Part shown: positions 1 to 10,855 of the stretch, in pieces
Layout of the letters: each line of letters begins with the position of its first letter
Numbering within the stretch: the stretch's first letter is position 1
Assembly (NCBI RefSeq): GCF_006345805.1
Contig: NC_043019.1
Span: forward strand, 15,065,360-15,129,359
Origin: Octopus sinensis
Lineage: Eukaryota
DNA: 64,000 bases
Reading direction: 5' to 3'
Program-made: the position numbers and the translations under genes
Notes under the pieces: model-generated
The model's database searches: none
Seen by the model: the letters and a program-made list of their open reading frames with translations, nothing else
Told to the model about the DNA's origin: nothing

Positions 1-4
1 TCAC

Positions 5-124
5 CTGGTCCTTGGAGGACTTTTGTGGAGTTCACCGTATTGAAAATATCCAAACAAGTGTTTCAGTTTGGAAAACAACACCCTCTTTTTCCCTTTTGCT
101 GTCTTGCCCTTACTCTGGGAGGCC
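5..124 (-). other. Candidate 120-nt internal exon of an unidentified gene
   Basis: Acceptor tttatttgtttttcAG, donor CAG|GTGA, one open frame (ASQSKGKTAKGKKRVLFSKLKHLFGYFQYGELHKSPPRT); no recognisable homology. Confidence 0.25.
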
Positions 125-808
125 CTGAAAAACAAATAAAGTCTGAAAAACAAATAAAGCTGGTCTTGCACCAATATCATCACCAACTCCACCCTACAGA
201 CAAAGCAGCAATCGAAAAAAAAAAGAAATATATAATTTAACCCTTTAGCATTTAAACAGGCCATTTCTGGTCCAAATATATTCTAATTGTTCTATTTTCA
301 AACTGGCTCGATCCAGACTCTCACACCTACTACACAATGTCTAAAAATAAACAATCACATAATTGAAATCTTAATGCTACAAGATAATGCTTGATTAATC
401 TTATAATGAATGAGAATAAATAAGTATAATATTTGATGAAGTAATCTGAATGCTAAACGGTTAACCCTTTAGCATTCAAACTGGCCGAATCAGACCCACA
501 TAGTCTACTTGTTTTATGTTTGAACCGGCCAGATCCAGCCTCTCACACCTACCCTATCATGTCATTTTAAAAGTAAACAGTAACATCATTGAAACCCCTG
601 AAACCATGAGATAATACCTGATTAATTCAAAACAATGTGAGTAAACAAACATTACATTTGATAGAGTAATTTAATAAAACCAGCCGTATCCAGCTCAAAT
701 ATTCTTATTCTATGTTAAAACTGGACAGATCCAACCTCTCACACCTAGTCTACAATATCATTTGAAAGATAAGCAATCACATCATTGAAATCTTAACGAG
801 ATAATGTA

Positions 809-975
809 GGTGCGGGCATGGCTGTGTGGTTAGGGAGCTTGCTTCCTCGTTACTTAGTTTCGGGTTCAGTCCCACTGTGTGGCACTTTGGGTAGGTGTCT
901 TCCACTATAGCCCCGAGTCGACCGACGCTTTGTGATTGAATTCGGTAGGTGGAAGTTACTGCCGTGTGTGTATGT
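809..975 (+). mobile_element. tRNA-derived SINE (family B), 5' portion
   Basis: Head ggtgcgggcatggctgtgtggtt...gggttcagtcccactg (B-box-like), then ggcactttgggtaggtgtctt; matches many other copies in the window. Confidence 0.75.
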
Positions 976-1205
976 GTGCATATAGCTGCTCAGTGCCTCT
1001 CCGAAAGAGAGAGAGAGAGAGGGAAAAATAATGCATGATTAATTTTAAATGAATGTGAATAAATAAGTCTTGTGCTTGATGGAGTAATGTGAATGCCAAA
1101 TGGTTAACACTTTAGCATTTAAACAGGCCGAATCCAGTTAAAAATATTCTATGTGCTTTATGCTAAAACTGGTCAGATTCGGTCTCTCACACCTACCCTG
1201 GATGG

Positions 1206-1584
1206 AAGCACTCCGTCGGTTACGACGATGAGGGTTCCAGTTGATCCGACCAACGGAACAGCCTGCTTGTGAAATTAATGTGTAAGTGGCTGAGCATTCC
1301 ACAGACACGTGTACACTCAACGTAGTTCTCGGGGATATTCAGCGTGACCCAGAGAGTGACAAGGCCGGCCCTTTGAAATACAGGTACAACAGAAACAGGA
1401 AGTAAGAGTGAGAGAAAGTTGTGGCGAAAGAGTACAGCAGGGATCACCACCATCCCTGCCGGAGCCTCGTGGAGCTTTTAGGTGTTTTCGCTCAATAAAC
1501 ACTCACAACGCCTGATCTGGGAATCAAAACCGCGATCCTACGACCGCGAGTCCGCTGCCCTAACCACTGGGCCATTGAGCCTCC
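1206..1584 (-). mobile_element. Full-length tRNA-derived SINE (family A) with 11-bp TSD, inserted in a MITE
   Basis: Minus-strand head ggaggctcaatggcccagtggttagggcagcggactcgcggtcgtaggatcgcggttttgattcccaga (A/B boxes). acacctaccct is duplicated at 1189-1199 and 1588-1598. Confidence 0.85.
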
Positions 1585-2036
1585 ACTACACCTACCCTAC
1601 AAAGTCATTCTAAAGACAAACAATCGCATCAGTGAAATCTCAAAGCTATGAGATAATTTATGATTAATTCAAAACAAATGTGAATAAATAAAGATTACAT
1701 TTGAAGACAGAGTCAACCGAATGTGCTAAAGGGTTAAAAAAGAAAACACAAAAAAAAAAAATGATTAAATAAGGGAGATAAGTCAAATGGGATTGAACAA
1801 ATGGTGAGTGAAAACATTCACCTGAATACCTTTTTTTTGTTTTTGTTTTTTTTTTTTATTATTATTATTTCATATTATTTGTAGAAAATAGTGTTCAATA
1901 ATAACAATTGCAACATGATTGGGGCATTGTCTGCCACCCCGAGTCATCATCCATTTTTTAAAAATCTTGTCACATTCAACAGTTCACTTCACAAACTGGC
2001 ATAGAAATGACACACATATTTCCAACTCGGTGCAAT

Positions 2037-2066
2037 AATAATAATAAAATAATAATAATAATAATA

Positions 2067-2119
<53 letters not shown>

Positions 2120-2184
2120 TGTAAGCAGTGAATAATAAGTGTTATTATTATTTTTGATAATAATAATAATAATAGGTATTGATG

Positions 2185-2224
<40 letters not shown>

Positions 2225-2240
2225 TGATGATGATAATGAT
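2037..2240. repeat. (TAA)n microsatellite
   Basis: Directly visible; resumes at about 2634-2703 after the LINE fragment. Confidence 0.95.
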
Positions 2241-2633
2241 AAGAACATGTATGGTAATCAACATAGCATGCCCTGGTGACAACAGATCAATGTGGAAGAA
2301 GAAGGAAAAATAAACAACTATGACGATTTGAAGTGGAAAATTACAAAGGTTGTGGTCAACGAAGAGAGTGGACCTGATGCCAATGGTAAATCGGTGCACT
2401 TGGAAGTATCAGCACTCAACTACCGACGCGGCTGAAAAAGATTGGTACAAATTTCAAGTAAAGATAGAACCGACAAAAAAATCAGCATTGCTTGGAACTG
2501 TTGGAACTGCAAGAATTCTTCACAAGGTTCTTGAAGCAGAAACCAGTAAACAAGTGTCACCTTAGTCTGCTGGCTGTAATGGGCAGCTGACACTTTCCAT
2601 CAAACCCAGCAAAAATAAGTTGTGAGTTTTCAT
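2241..2633 (+). mobile_element. 5'-truncated R4/Dong-like non-LTR retrotransposon (restriction-like endonuclease C-terminus plus 3' UTR), frameshifted
   Basis: Joined frames give TCMVINIACPGDNR..KEK-I..YDDLKW..RLWSTKRV..MP.V-IGALGSIS..L...LKKIG....QKSALLGT..TARILHKVLE, typical of the RLE-clade C-terminus. Flanked by (TAA)n on both sides. Confidence 0.8.
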
Positions 2634-2648
2634 ATAATAATAATAATG

Positions 2649-2694
<46 letters not shown>

Positions 2695-3518
2695 TGATAA
2701 TAATTTAAGTAACATTCATCAGTTGATGCGTTTCGTCACTCATTCATTCATTGAACAGATTTCTTTCTTTTTTCCTTTTCTTCTTTTTTTTTTTTGTACA
2801 TTTTTCAGTTTTTACACAACTTTGCATTCTCAGAAAATTCAACTCAGAAATCAGAATATAAAAGAAACACACATATTTGTATGTATACATACATTCATAA
2901 TTACATACGCACACATGTATACATATACACGTACACACAAACAACATGTCTATGTATACACAAACACATATATATGTGCATAGATATATATGTGTGTGCA
3001 TGTGTGTGTGTGTCCCCTCATCATTTGTCAGCTGAAGAGCTACACTAGCTTCCAATCTGGTTTGGCATGGTTTCTAAGGGTGGATGACCTTCCTAACGCC
3101 AAACACTATAAGAGTGTAGTAGGTGCTTTTTACACACATACACACACAGATGCATATATATACACAGAGAAGAGTATGTACATACACACACACACAAAGC
3201 TGGATTAAACTAGTCAGAGTGTTTGTATTGTTATAAAGGAGCCCTATATCAAACAAAGAAAACCAAAACTATTTTACCAAAATAATATATTTCTAGGGTT
3301 TCTGAAAATTCGAAGGACCTGTATTTTTACTTCACCTAAAAACGGAAGAAGACCACAAGACTCCACCGTTAAGACTTTTACCTTAAAAATGCTTTTTATT
3401 TTTCACTAGCCAACATATAGGAGACATCCAATAGGCTAACCTTGAAAGACGGAGGCTTTGCTGTGGGTTATCTAATTAGGGGCACCCTTTCCTTTCTAGA
3501 TCTTTATTTGCTTTTTAA

Positions 3519-3739
3519 CCCTTTCGTTACTGCATTTATTTTGAGATACTCTGTGTTTCTTTCAATTACTTGAAATATAACAAAAAATTTACTAAAATAA
3601 CTTAGTTATCATTAAACTAGTGTTAGGAACATAAATTGTGACTAAGGTTTAGTGGAAGATTTTCATTCAAAACTTATGAAAACAAGACATTTATTCTAAA
3701 GGGCCAGAGCCGGTTTCAGCCGGGTTGGTAACGAAAGGG
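3519..3739 (+). mobile_element. piggyBac-type MITE, 221 bp, TTAA TSD
   Basis: TTAA(3515-18) CCCTTTCGTTAC...GTAACGAAAGGG TTAA(3740-43). Confidence 0.85.
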
Positions 3740-4004
3740 TTAAACCAAAAGCTTCAACACTACAATCATTTCATTGCACAAATTTACTAATAAATAACAT
3801 CTAAATACACAACCTTAATCTGAGGCAGTATATATATATATATATACATACATATATATGGTTATCAGTTTGTGTAGTAAGACTCCTGATGTGAAATGTG
3901 TTGAAACCGATATTGTTGTATTTCGAGATGGTCAGTATTTTTCTCTTTTTTTTTGCCAAATATACATATGTATTAATCGAAGTGTACAATTTTATACATC
4001 CATT

Positions 4005-4105
4005 ATGGTTAGTCTTACCAATCGGTTTCGCACCAGAGTTAGGGCTCGACACAGTGGTTGGTAACAGTCTGATTATGTAACCCTGCGCTCATCAGAGGTA
4101 GCCAT
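4005..4105 (-). ncRNA. Type I hammerhead ribozyme motif with extended helix II (PLE-type)
   Basis: Minus strand: atggctacct CTGATGA gcgc-agggtta [loop] taactct-g-gtgc GAAA ccgattgg TA|agactaaccat. Core boxes intact, G10.1-C11.1 pair present, GUA triplet; helix I imperfect. Confidence 0.75.
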
Positions 4106-4159
4106 TGTAGAATGGAATATTGTATATTTGTATGTATGTATTGTTCTTTTATTCTTTTT

Positions 4160-4343
4160 TATTTATTTCAGTCATTTAACTACGGCCATGCTGGAGCACC
4201 ACCTTTAGTTGAGGAAATCCACCCCAGGACTTATTCTTTCAGGCTCTCTTGCTGAACCGCTAAGTGGCAGGAACGTAAACACACTCACATCAGTTGTCAA
4301 GCAATGGTGGGGGGGGGACAAACACAGACACACAAACATATAC

Positions 4344-4396
<53 letters not shown>

Positions 4397-4558
4397 ACGG
4401 GCTTCTTTCAGTTTCTATCTACCAAATCCACTCACAAGGCTTTGGTCGCCCCAAGGCTATAATTGAAGACACTTGCCCAAGGTGCCATGCAGTGGGACTG
4501 AACCGGGAACCATGTGGTTGGTAAGCAAGCTACTTACCACACATCCACTCCTGTGCCT
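4160..4558 (-). mobile_element. Full-length tRNA-derived SINE (family B)
   Basis: Head at ...ccactcctgtgcc, internal (TA)n, tail cagtcatttaactacggccatgctggagcacc. Same layout as the copies at 20075, 31082, 47706 and 48196. Confidence 0.85.
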
Positions 4559-5295
4559 ATGCATACAGTGTCTAACACCGACATTGAAAATGTGACTGTC
4601 TTGATGTTTAAAATGCCAAAAAAAAAACCAAAAAGTATTTTGGAAATCCTAGTTTGATTTAATAAACAGGGTTACCTTTAATAGCGTCTATGACATATTC
4701 TGTAGGTAATCAGATTCACTCAACTGACCATATTTAAAAGTAGTAGTAATAGTAGTAGTAGTAGTAGTAGTAGTAAAAATTTCCTGATAAAGTTTGACCA
4801 ATACTATCGAGGCAAGAAGGCCAAAGATGATTATAAAAGACGAAGAATGAGAACAGAAAGAAATTGGCTAATCCAGCATAATGCGTATGTGTGTGTATTT
4901 ACAGACACACACACACACACATACATATCTATATATACACACATAAATATGTATGTGTGTGTGTGTGTGTGTGTGTGTATCAAGGGAGACAATTATTAAG
5001 AGTCAGAATAACGTGCACAAAGTTTTTTTTCCAAATTTCAACTTAATCCTTTTTTTTAAATATTTTTCGTGTTTTTTTTTCTTTTTTACAGGCTTCATTA
5101 TTTTTATTTTTTATTATTATTTTTGTTTTTTAATCTTTCTTCAACAGTTTGCGAAAGAATTAAAAATGATAAAAAAATGATGACAATGTTTGGGCGGCGG
5201 GGGGCGGGGGGTGGGGACACAAGATTTGATATCTGGGAAGGATCAACTCAGAGAAGCAGAAGAAGAGAGTCCAAATGAGAAAGAGAAAGAAAATG

Positions 5296-5337
<42 letters not shown>

Positions 5338-5589
5338 GATAGCAAAACAAAATGGAGCATTTGCATAATTTCAGGAAAAATAATACAAAAAAAAAAAAGA
5401 AAGTTTAACATATTTCAAATATTATAAATATAATTTCCTTCCTATCTATAAAAATCTTGCAAGGGTTAAAATTTAGAGAAAAAAAAAAAAACAGTCCCCT
5501 TTTTTCCTTCTTTAGTCAGTCTGTTAGCAAGGAGCTGAGAAAGTAAAATTACCCAACTAGTTATTATAAGTAGTATCCATCAATGGGTG

Positions 5590-5637
<48 letters not shown>

Positions 5638-6273
5638 CTGGTGATATGGATTGAAAGATTGCATCGGCTGCCTGAAAATAAAACGACATCTTCATACGCT
5701 ACTTCCTGCAGCAGCAAACGCTTGGGTTAAGGGGTTTTTTTTCCATTTACCCTACCACAACCTCACTTATACTTTTAAGCTAAAAAAAACAAAAAACCTG
5801 CCATCATGGGGTTTTTTTGTGTTTTGTCTTTTTTTTTTTGGTATTTTTACACAAAATTCTTTTTAGTTATGTTCTAAACACCAGTTTAAACAACATTCTT
5901 TGTTTGAATATTCAATCTGCAATTGATATCACCCATTTTGGTCTTACATGGGTAACCTTTGTCAGGAAGAAGCTGTAAGGATTTTGGCCCTGATGGAACC
6001 AACATGAGGTCAAACCAGGCAATATCAATCACAGAGCGAATATTCACATTGAGTACACGAAACTGCACATCTTAACATGTATCAAGTATTGCTTTTTAAC
6101 CAAGAAAATCTGATACATTCAACGTATATATTTATTACGGTGACAGCCCTAAGCAGTGATGTCTACAAATACAAACTTGTTGCCTGTTCAAATATACTTG
6201 AGGACTATTTGAACTCATAAGAAAGCCATTCACTATTTTTGTCAGAGCACAGCACTCCCTTCCTGGACAGTCA

Positions 6274-6431
6274 GGTGCATGCATTTCAGCGTGGTTATCT
6301 CCTCTTCAGCAGCAGACCCAGAAAGGTAACACAAGAGGCAGGTCCATCTTATGGGTATTCTCATCATTGTCTGCCTTTCTGGTCGGTGTTGCTGAAGAGG
6401 AGAAAACCACTCTGAAACACATGCATCCAAT
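6274..6431. repeat. Inverted repeat (~60-bp arms) made of two decayed hammerhead motifs
   Basis: Plus arm: gttg CTGAAGA ggag aaaacca ctct GAAA cacatgca TC caat (6388-6431). The minus arm reads CTGAAGA ggag ataacca cgct GAAA tgcatgca cc. Confidence 0.7.
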
Positions 6432-6578
6432 TCTCTAGTCAGAAAACACTGTGGACTGACTTGATGTATTTACACCTATTTCTCTACAGTAAGAAATTTT
6501 CCTCATGACAAAACAACAACGAATGGCCTTTTTACCAGTTCGAATACGCCTCAAGCATATCTGAACTGGTAACAAGTT

Positions 6579-6617
<39 letters not shown>

Positions 6618-7320
6618 ATATATATATATGTATATATATATATATTACACACACACATATAGGATGTATATGTGTATGAGTGTATGCATGTGAGTATAAT
6701 GAACTTATATTACTAAATTTTTCCAAATTCTTTATATTTTTAAACAAAAAAAAATTGATACTGATAAACACAGGGGTGTTCATCATAAGAAATGTAATCA
6801 AAAAAGGGGAAAATATACCACACAACTCCTATTTTTTCAAAACCCTTTCTTTTGTTTTTTTTATTTTTCTTTCTTTTTTTTACATCTAGCTAAAAAACAA
6901 TTTTATACATATATATATATATATATATATATATTGACTTTAATTAAAAATGAACCTTACAACAAAAGTAGTTGTCTCAACTCAGGAAAAGTCAGAAACA
7001 AACAAACAAGTAAAAAAATTGAACTTAATACAGTGTGTATGTTAAAAATCTTGCTTAAGATAACAATATATTTTAATAATAACTAAACGTTCGCCTTGAT
7101 AACTTCTAGACAAGGCACAGAAAGGTTTCCGTAAGTCAGGATTTTGTGAAATGTTTAATACAAAAACAGAAAGAAATTTTATTAAATTAATTATTATTTT
7201 TTGTTTTAAATGACAATGAAGTGCATGGCTTGTAGAAGATTCGAAATAAGGCACCATATTAGACTGTTTAAATGAGGTTTGATCCTGAATGGTCAGTTTT
7301 GGTAAACAACTGCTAATAAT

Positions 7321-7355
<35 letters not shown>

Positions 7356-7740
7356 TTATGATGATGATTAATAATAATAATAATAATAAGCTTGTTGTTT
7401 TGCACTAGCACCCTACAAAAATGGCCAAGTTTCACAAGGGTCTGTAAGGGATAAGGTGACAGAAATTTATATGGTGTTTTTATCAGAATATTTGCTGTAT
7501 GTTTTTGACATATTTTCTTAATGGAGGAGGAGGAGTGGGGAAGGGGGAGGAAGACAGCCCCTTTTCAGGGCTTCTAGGATTGGTAGGAGGAACCACTCTT
7601 GTTACTGGAGACCTGCCTCAAATGTGTTAACTTGGACTTCATCGTACTTTTGTTAGTTCTGTCCAAATATAAATCTTTCATTACACCTGTAATTAATTGA
7701 TGTTGCAAAGACCTGTTTATTTGTCGAAACGTAACAGAGC

Positions 7741-7784
<44 letters not shown>

Positions 7785-9127
7785 GAGAGCCACAACATAG
7801 TCTATTAACTTGCTAGAAACAACAGACAAATCTTTCTCATATCACTCTGCTGTCTTGAAAAAAAAGGAAGGTCACACTGGATAGTGTAGTACAAGATTGG
7901 CTAAATCTGAAAAGACAAGATGGTCATGGTTACAACGTCTTAGATTATAGGTCTGCTAAACCAAGGCTGACCTGGGACTAAATAACATTCCTTCTCCAGA
8001 AAATAGGTCAAAGGTCAAAAAATTAAAATGAATGTTTAATGTTAAATCTGGAGAAGAAATAATTCAAATCTACTAAAAATGAAAATATTTCAAAATTCTG
8101 TATGTAGCCTGGCAAAAAAAAGAGAAAAAAAATGAAAAAAGTAAACTCTATGTATGTGTGTGTGTGTATTACATATTATAATATGTAATTTTTCTAAATG
8201 GTATAATTTAATTTTTCATTATTGAATTGATAAAAGGTGGGGTTTTTTCTAATTTATATATATATATTATATTTTGTGAAATTTGATTTAGTATTTCTAA
8301 ATTGAATTTTTCCCTGTAAATTTGGAATAATATTCCCTCATATTATTACTATTATGTATATATACTATCATCATCATCATCTTCATTTAACATCCATTTC
8401 CCATTGGTTGGATGGTTTGACAAGAGCTGGCCAATCAGAAAACTGCACTAACCTTCTCTGTCTGATTTAGCAAGGTTTTTTACGGCTGGATGCCCTTCCT
8501 AACACCAACCACCTTACAGATATATATATATAATGTTTATGTTGTTTGTTCATTTTACATCTATTTTTCCTTGCTAGCATGCATTGGATGAACATAAGGA
8601 GGCATCGTTTTACAGCCAGATGCTCTTCCTGTCACTAACCTTTACCTGCTTAAGCATGAAGGAAGGGTTTCAAACAATACCAAAAAAAAAAATGGTACTG
8701 TTAAATAGAGACCTAGAAAACTTCTAAGATGTCCTAACTTACACACAAACTCAGAATATCTACCGTTAATTAATAATATTGTTGATAGAGGACATAGAGG
8801 AGAGGACAAGCATGCCTTGCCCTACATTATATTCTGAGACTAACATTTACTTGCATGTCTCTGCAGTTATTGGAAATGAATTTTATGTCAGTATTCCTGA
8901 GGGGAAACTTAAAGCCATACCTGGGGACAACATTAAAAACCATAAAAGACCTCTCTCTCTCTCCCTAATAAAATTGGTCTACAAAAGTTTCTAGAAGAGA
9001 TGCCAAAATCAGAAATCCCATCCAATGTGATGAAATACCATAATGTTGAGTTTAAAGAATTCTCTAGTGAACTGATCAACAAGAATATAGACAGACCTTA
9101 GATACTTCTTTTCAAAGCTTGCTTTAA

Positions 9128-9349
9128 CTCTTCTGTTACCGTATTTATTTTGAGATGATCTGTGTTTCTTTCAATTAATTTTAAATATAACAAAGAATTT
9201 AGTAAAATAACTTAGTTATCATTCAGCTAGTGTTAGGAACATAAATTGTGACTAAGATTTGGGGGAAGATTTTAATTCAAAACTTATGAAAACAAGATAT
9301 TTGTACTACAGAGCCAGAGGCAGTATCAGCCGGGTTCGTAACGAAAGGG
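9128..9349 (+). mobile_element. piggyBac-type MITE, TTAA TSD
   Basis: TTAA at 9124-27 and 9350-53; high similarity to 3519-3739. Confidence 0.85.
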
Positions 9350-9710
9350 TTAAAACAGTTAAGTTCTATAGCATGTTGTGTCTGGGCAATAACAGGAACA
9401 CAAGCAGAAGATATCTCTGGACATTTCTCCATCTTTGTTATAATTTGTACTTGGGTTTCATTTTCTGCAAAAAATTAACAATGCTGGTTGCAAAATTGCG
9501 GACTTTCTTAACTGAGACCGTTTTACATTCTAAATGATTAATTAATCTGGACTGGATATGCTCTGTGGAGACCAAATATACCACTGGTCACTCTTTTGAA
9601 TCACACGAAAAAAAAAACAGACCAAAACCAAATCCACAGAGCCTTATCATGTAGGGGCTTTGAAGAAAACAGACATTTTCCAAGTTAACGTTATTAGAAC
9701 CAAAAGAGGG

Positions 9711-9935
9711 CGGCGAGCTGGCAGACACGTTAGCGCACCGGGCGAAATGTTTAGCAGTATTTCGTCTGTCGTTATGTTCCGAGTTCAAACTCCGCCGAGG
9801 TCGACTTTGCCTTTCATCCTTTCAGGGTCGATAAATAAAGTACTAGTTTCAAACTGGGGTCAATGTAATCGACTTAATCCTTTTGTCTGTCCTTGTTTGT
9901 CCCCTCTGTGTTTAGCCCCTTGTGGGCAATAAAGA
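9711..9935 (+). mobile_element. tRNA-derived SINE (family C) with L1/Tx1-like 3' tail
   Basis: ggcggcgagctggcagacacgttagc...gagttcaaactccgccgaggtcgac...tgtttagccccttgtgggcaataaagaaat. Inverted copies follow at about 9960-10385. Confidence 0.8.
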
Positions 9936-10550
9936 AATATATTAGAACCAGAAGCAATATTGGATTCAAATTTTGGCACAAGGCCAGCAATTTCAGGGGA
10001 GGGGAGTAGGTCAATTACATCGATCCCAGTACTCAACCACAAAAGGATGAAAGGCGAAGTTGACCTCAACAGAATTTTGACTGTCAAGATGGATGAAAAG
10101 TTGCTAAGCGTTTTACCCAGCATGCTAACAATTCTGAAAGCTCAACGCCTAATAATAGTAATAATAATAATGGTGTCTAGTTTTGGCATAACACCAGCAA
10201 TTTCAGAGGAGCGGGTAAGTCAAATATATCAACCCCAGTAGACAACTGGTACTTATTTTATCGACCCCAAAAGGATGAAAGGTAAAGCCAACCTCAGTGG
10301 AATTTTGAACATACAATGTAAAGATGGACGAAATGTCGTTAAGTATTTTGCCAGGCACGCAAACAATTCTGCCAGCTCAGCACCTTAACGAGAAGCAATA
10401 TTAATATTTAATGAACTTTCAAGTCTTGCCACAGACACTAAGTGAAGATGGAATTTAAACAATGGCCACTGATTTATAAATGATATCTTTTATATCATGG
10501 ACTTTACTCCTTGCAAAAACAGAAGATGCTGAAGGAAGAGAGAAGACACG

Positions 10551-10739
10551 GTTCTATATTTAAGAGATGAAGAATTATGCACATTATTTACATTATTTAC
10601 ATTTGATGGATATTTGTCCTCATCTTGTTTGTTGTTAACACAACGTTTCTGCTGATATACCCTCCAGCCTTCTTCAGGTGTCTTGGGAAATTTCGAACCT
10701 GGGTTCTCATTCCTAAGTTATTTTTCAATGCTGTTGTTG

Positions 10740-10784
<45 letters not shown>

Positions 10785-10855
10785 TCACTACCTGGAATCG
10801 AACTTGAAATCTTGGGGTAAGTAACTTGCGTTCTTAACCACTACACCACATTCCT
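10551..10855 (-). mobile_element. tRNA-headed SINE carrying a hammerhead motif (HHR at 10637-10682)
   Basis: Minus strand: A box tggtgtagtgg, B box aagttcgattcc, (TAA)n spacer, body, then gacac CTGAAGA a ggctg..cagca GAAA c GTT gtgtt, then an AT-rich tail. Confidence 0.75.

Larger units (their letters stand above)
241..1733 (+). mobile_element. Tandem array of about four ~220-bp piggyBac-like MITEs (TIR CCCTTTAGCATT...AATGCTAAAGGG), two interrupted by SINEs
   Basis: TTAA|CCCTTTAGCA at 237-250; shared TTAA at 461-464 joins copies 1 and 2; further junction near 1103; final end gctaaagggTTAA near 1733. Internal ctctcacacctaccct recurs in each copy. Confidence 0.65.

Noticed and set aside
2705-2740. 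Permuted hammerhead (minus: gtgac GAAA cgca tcaa CTGATGA atgttac)
   Set aside because: No NUH triplet, and no room for helix I.
3878-3920. Second hammerhead copy near 4005 (ctgatgtg...gaaaccgatattg)
   Set aside because: A9 is lost and helices I/II do not pair; at most a decayed inverted relic.
6330-6375. SECIS element in the hairpin loop
   Set aside because: No properly placed AUGA/GA quartet or apical AA; the hairpin is better explained as inverted hammerhead termini.
7695-7742. HHR-like gac..gtc GAAACGTA acag
   Set aside because: The CUGANGA box is not recognisable.
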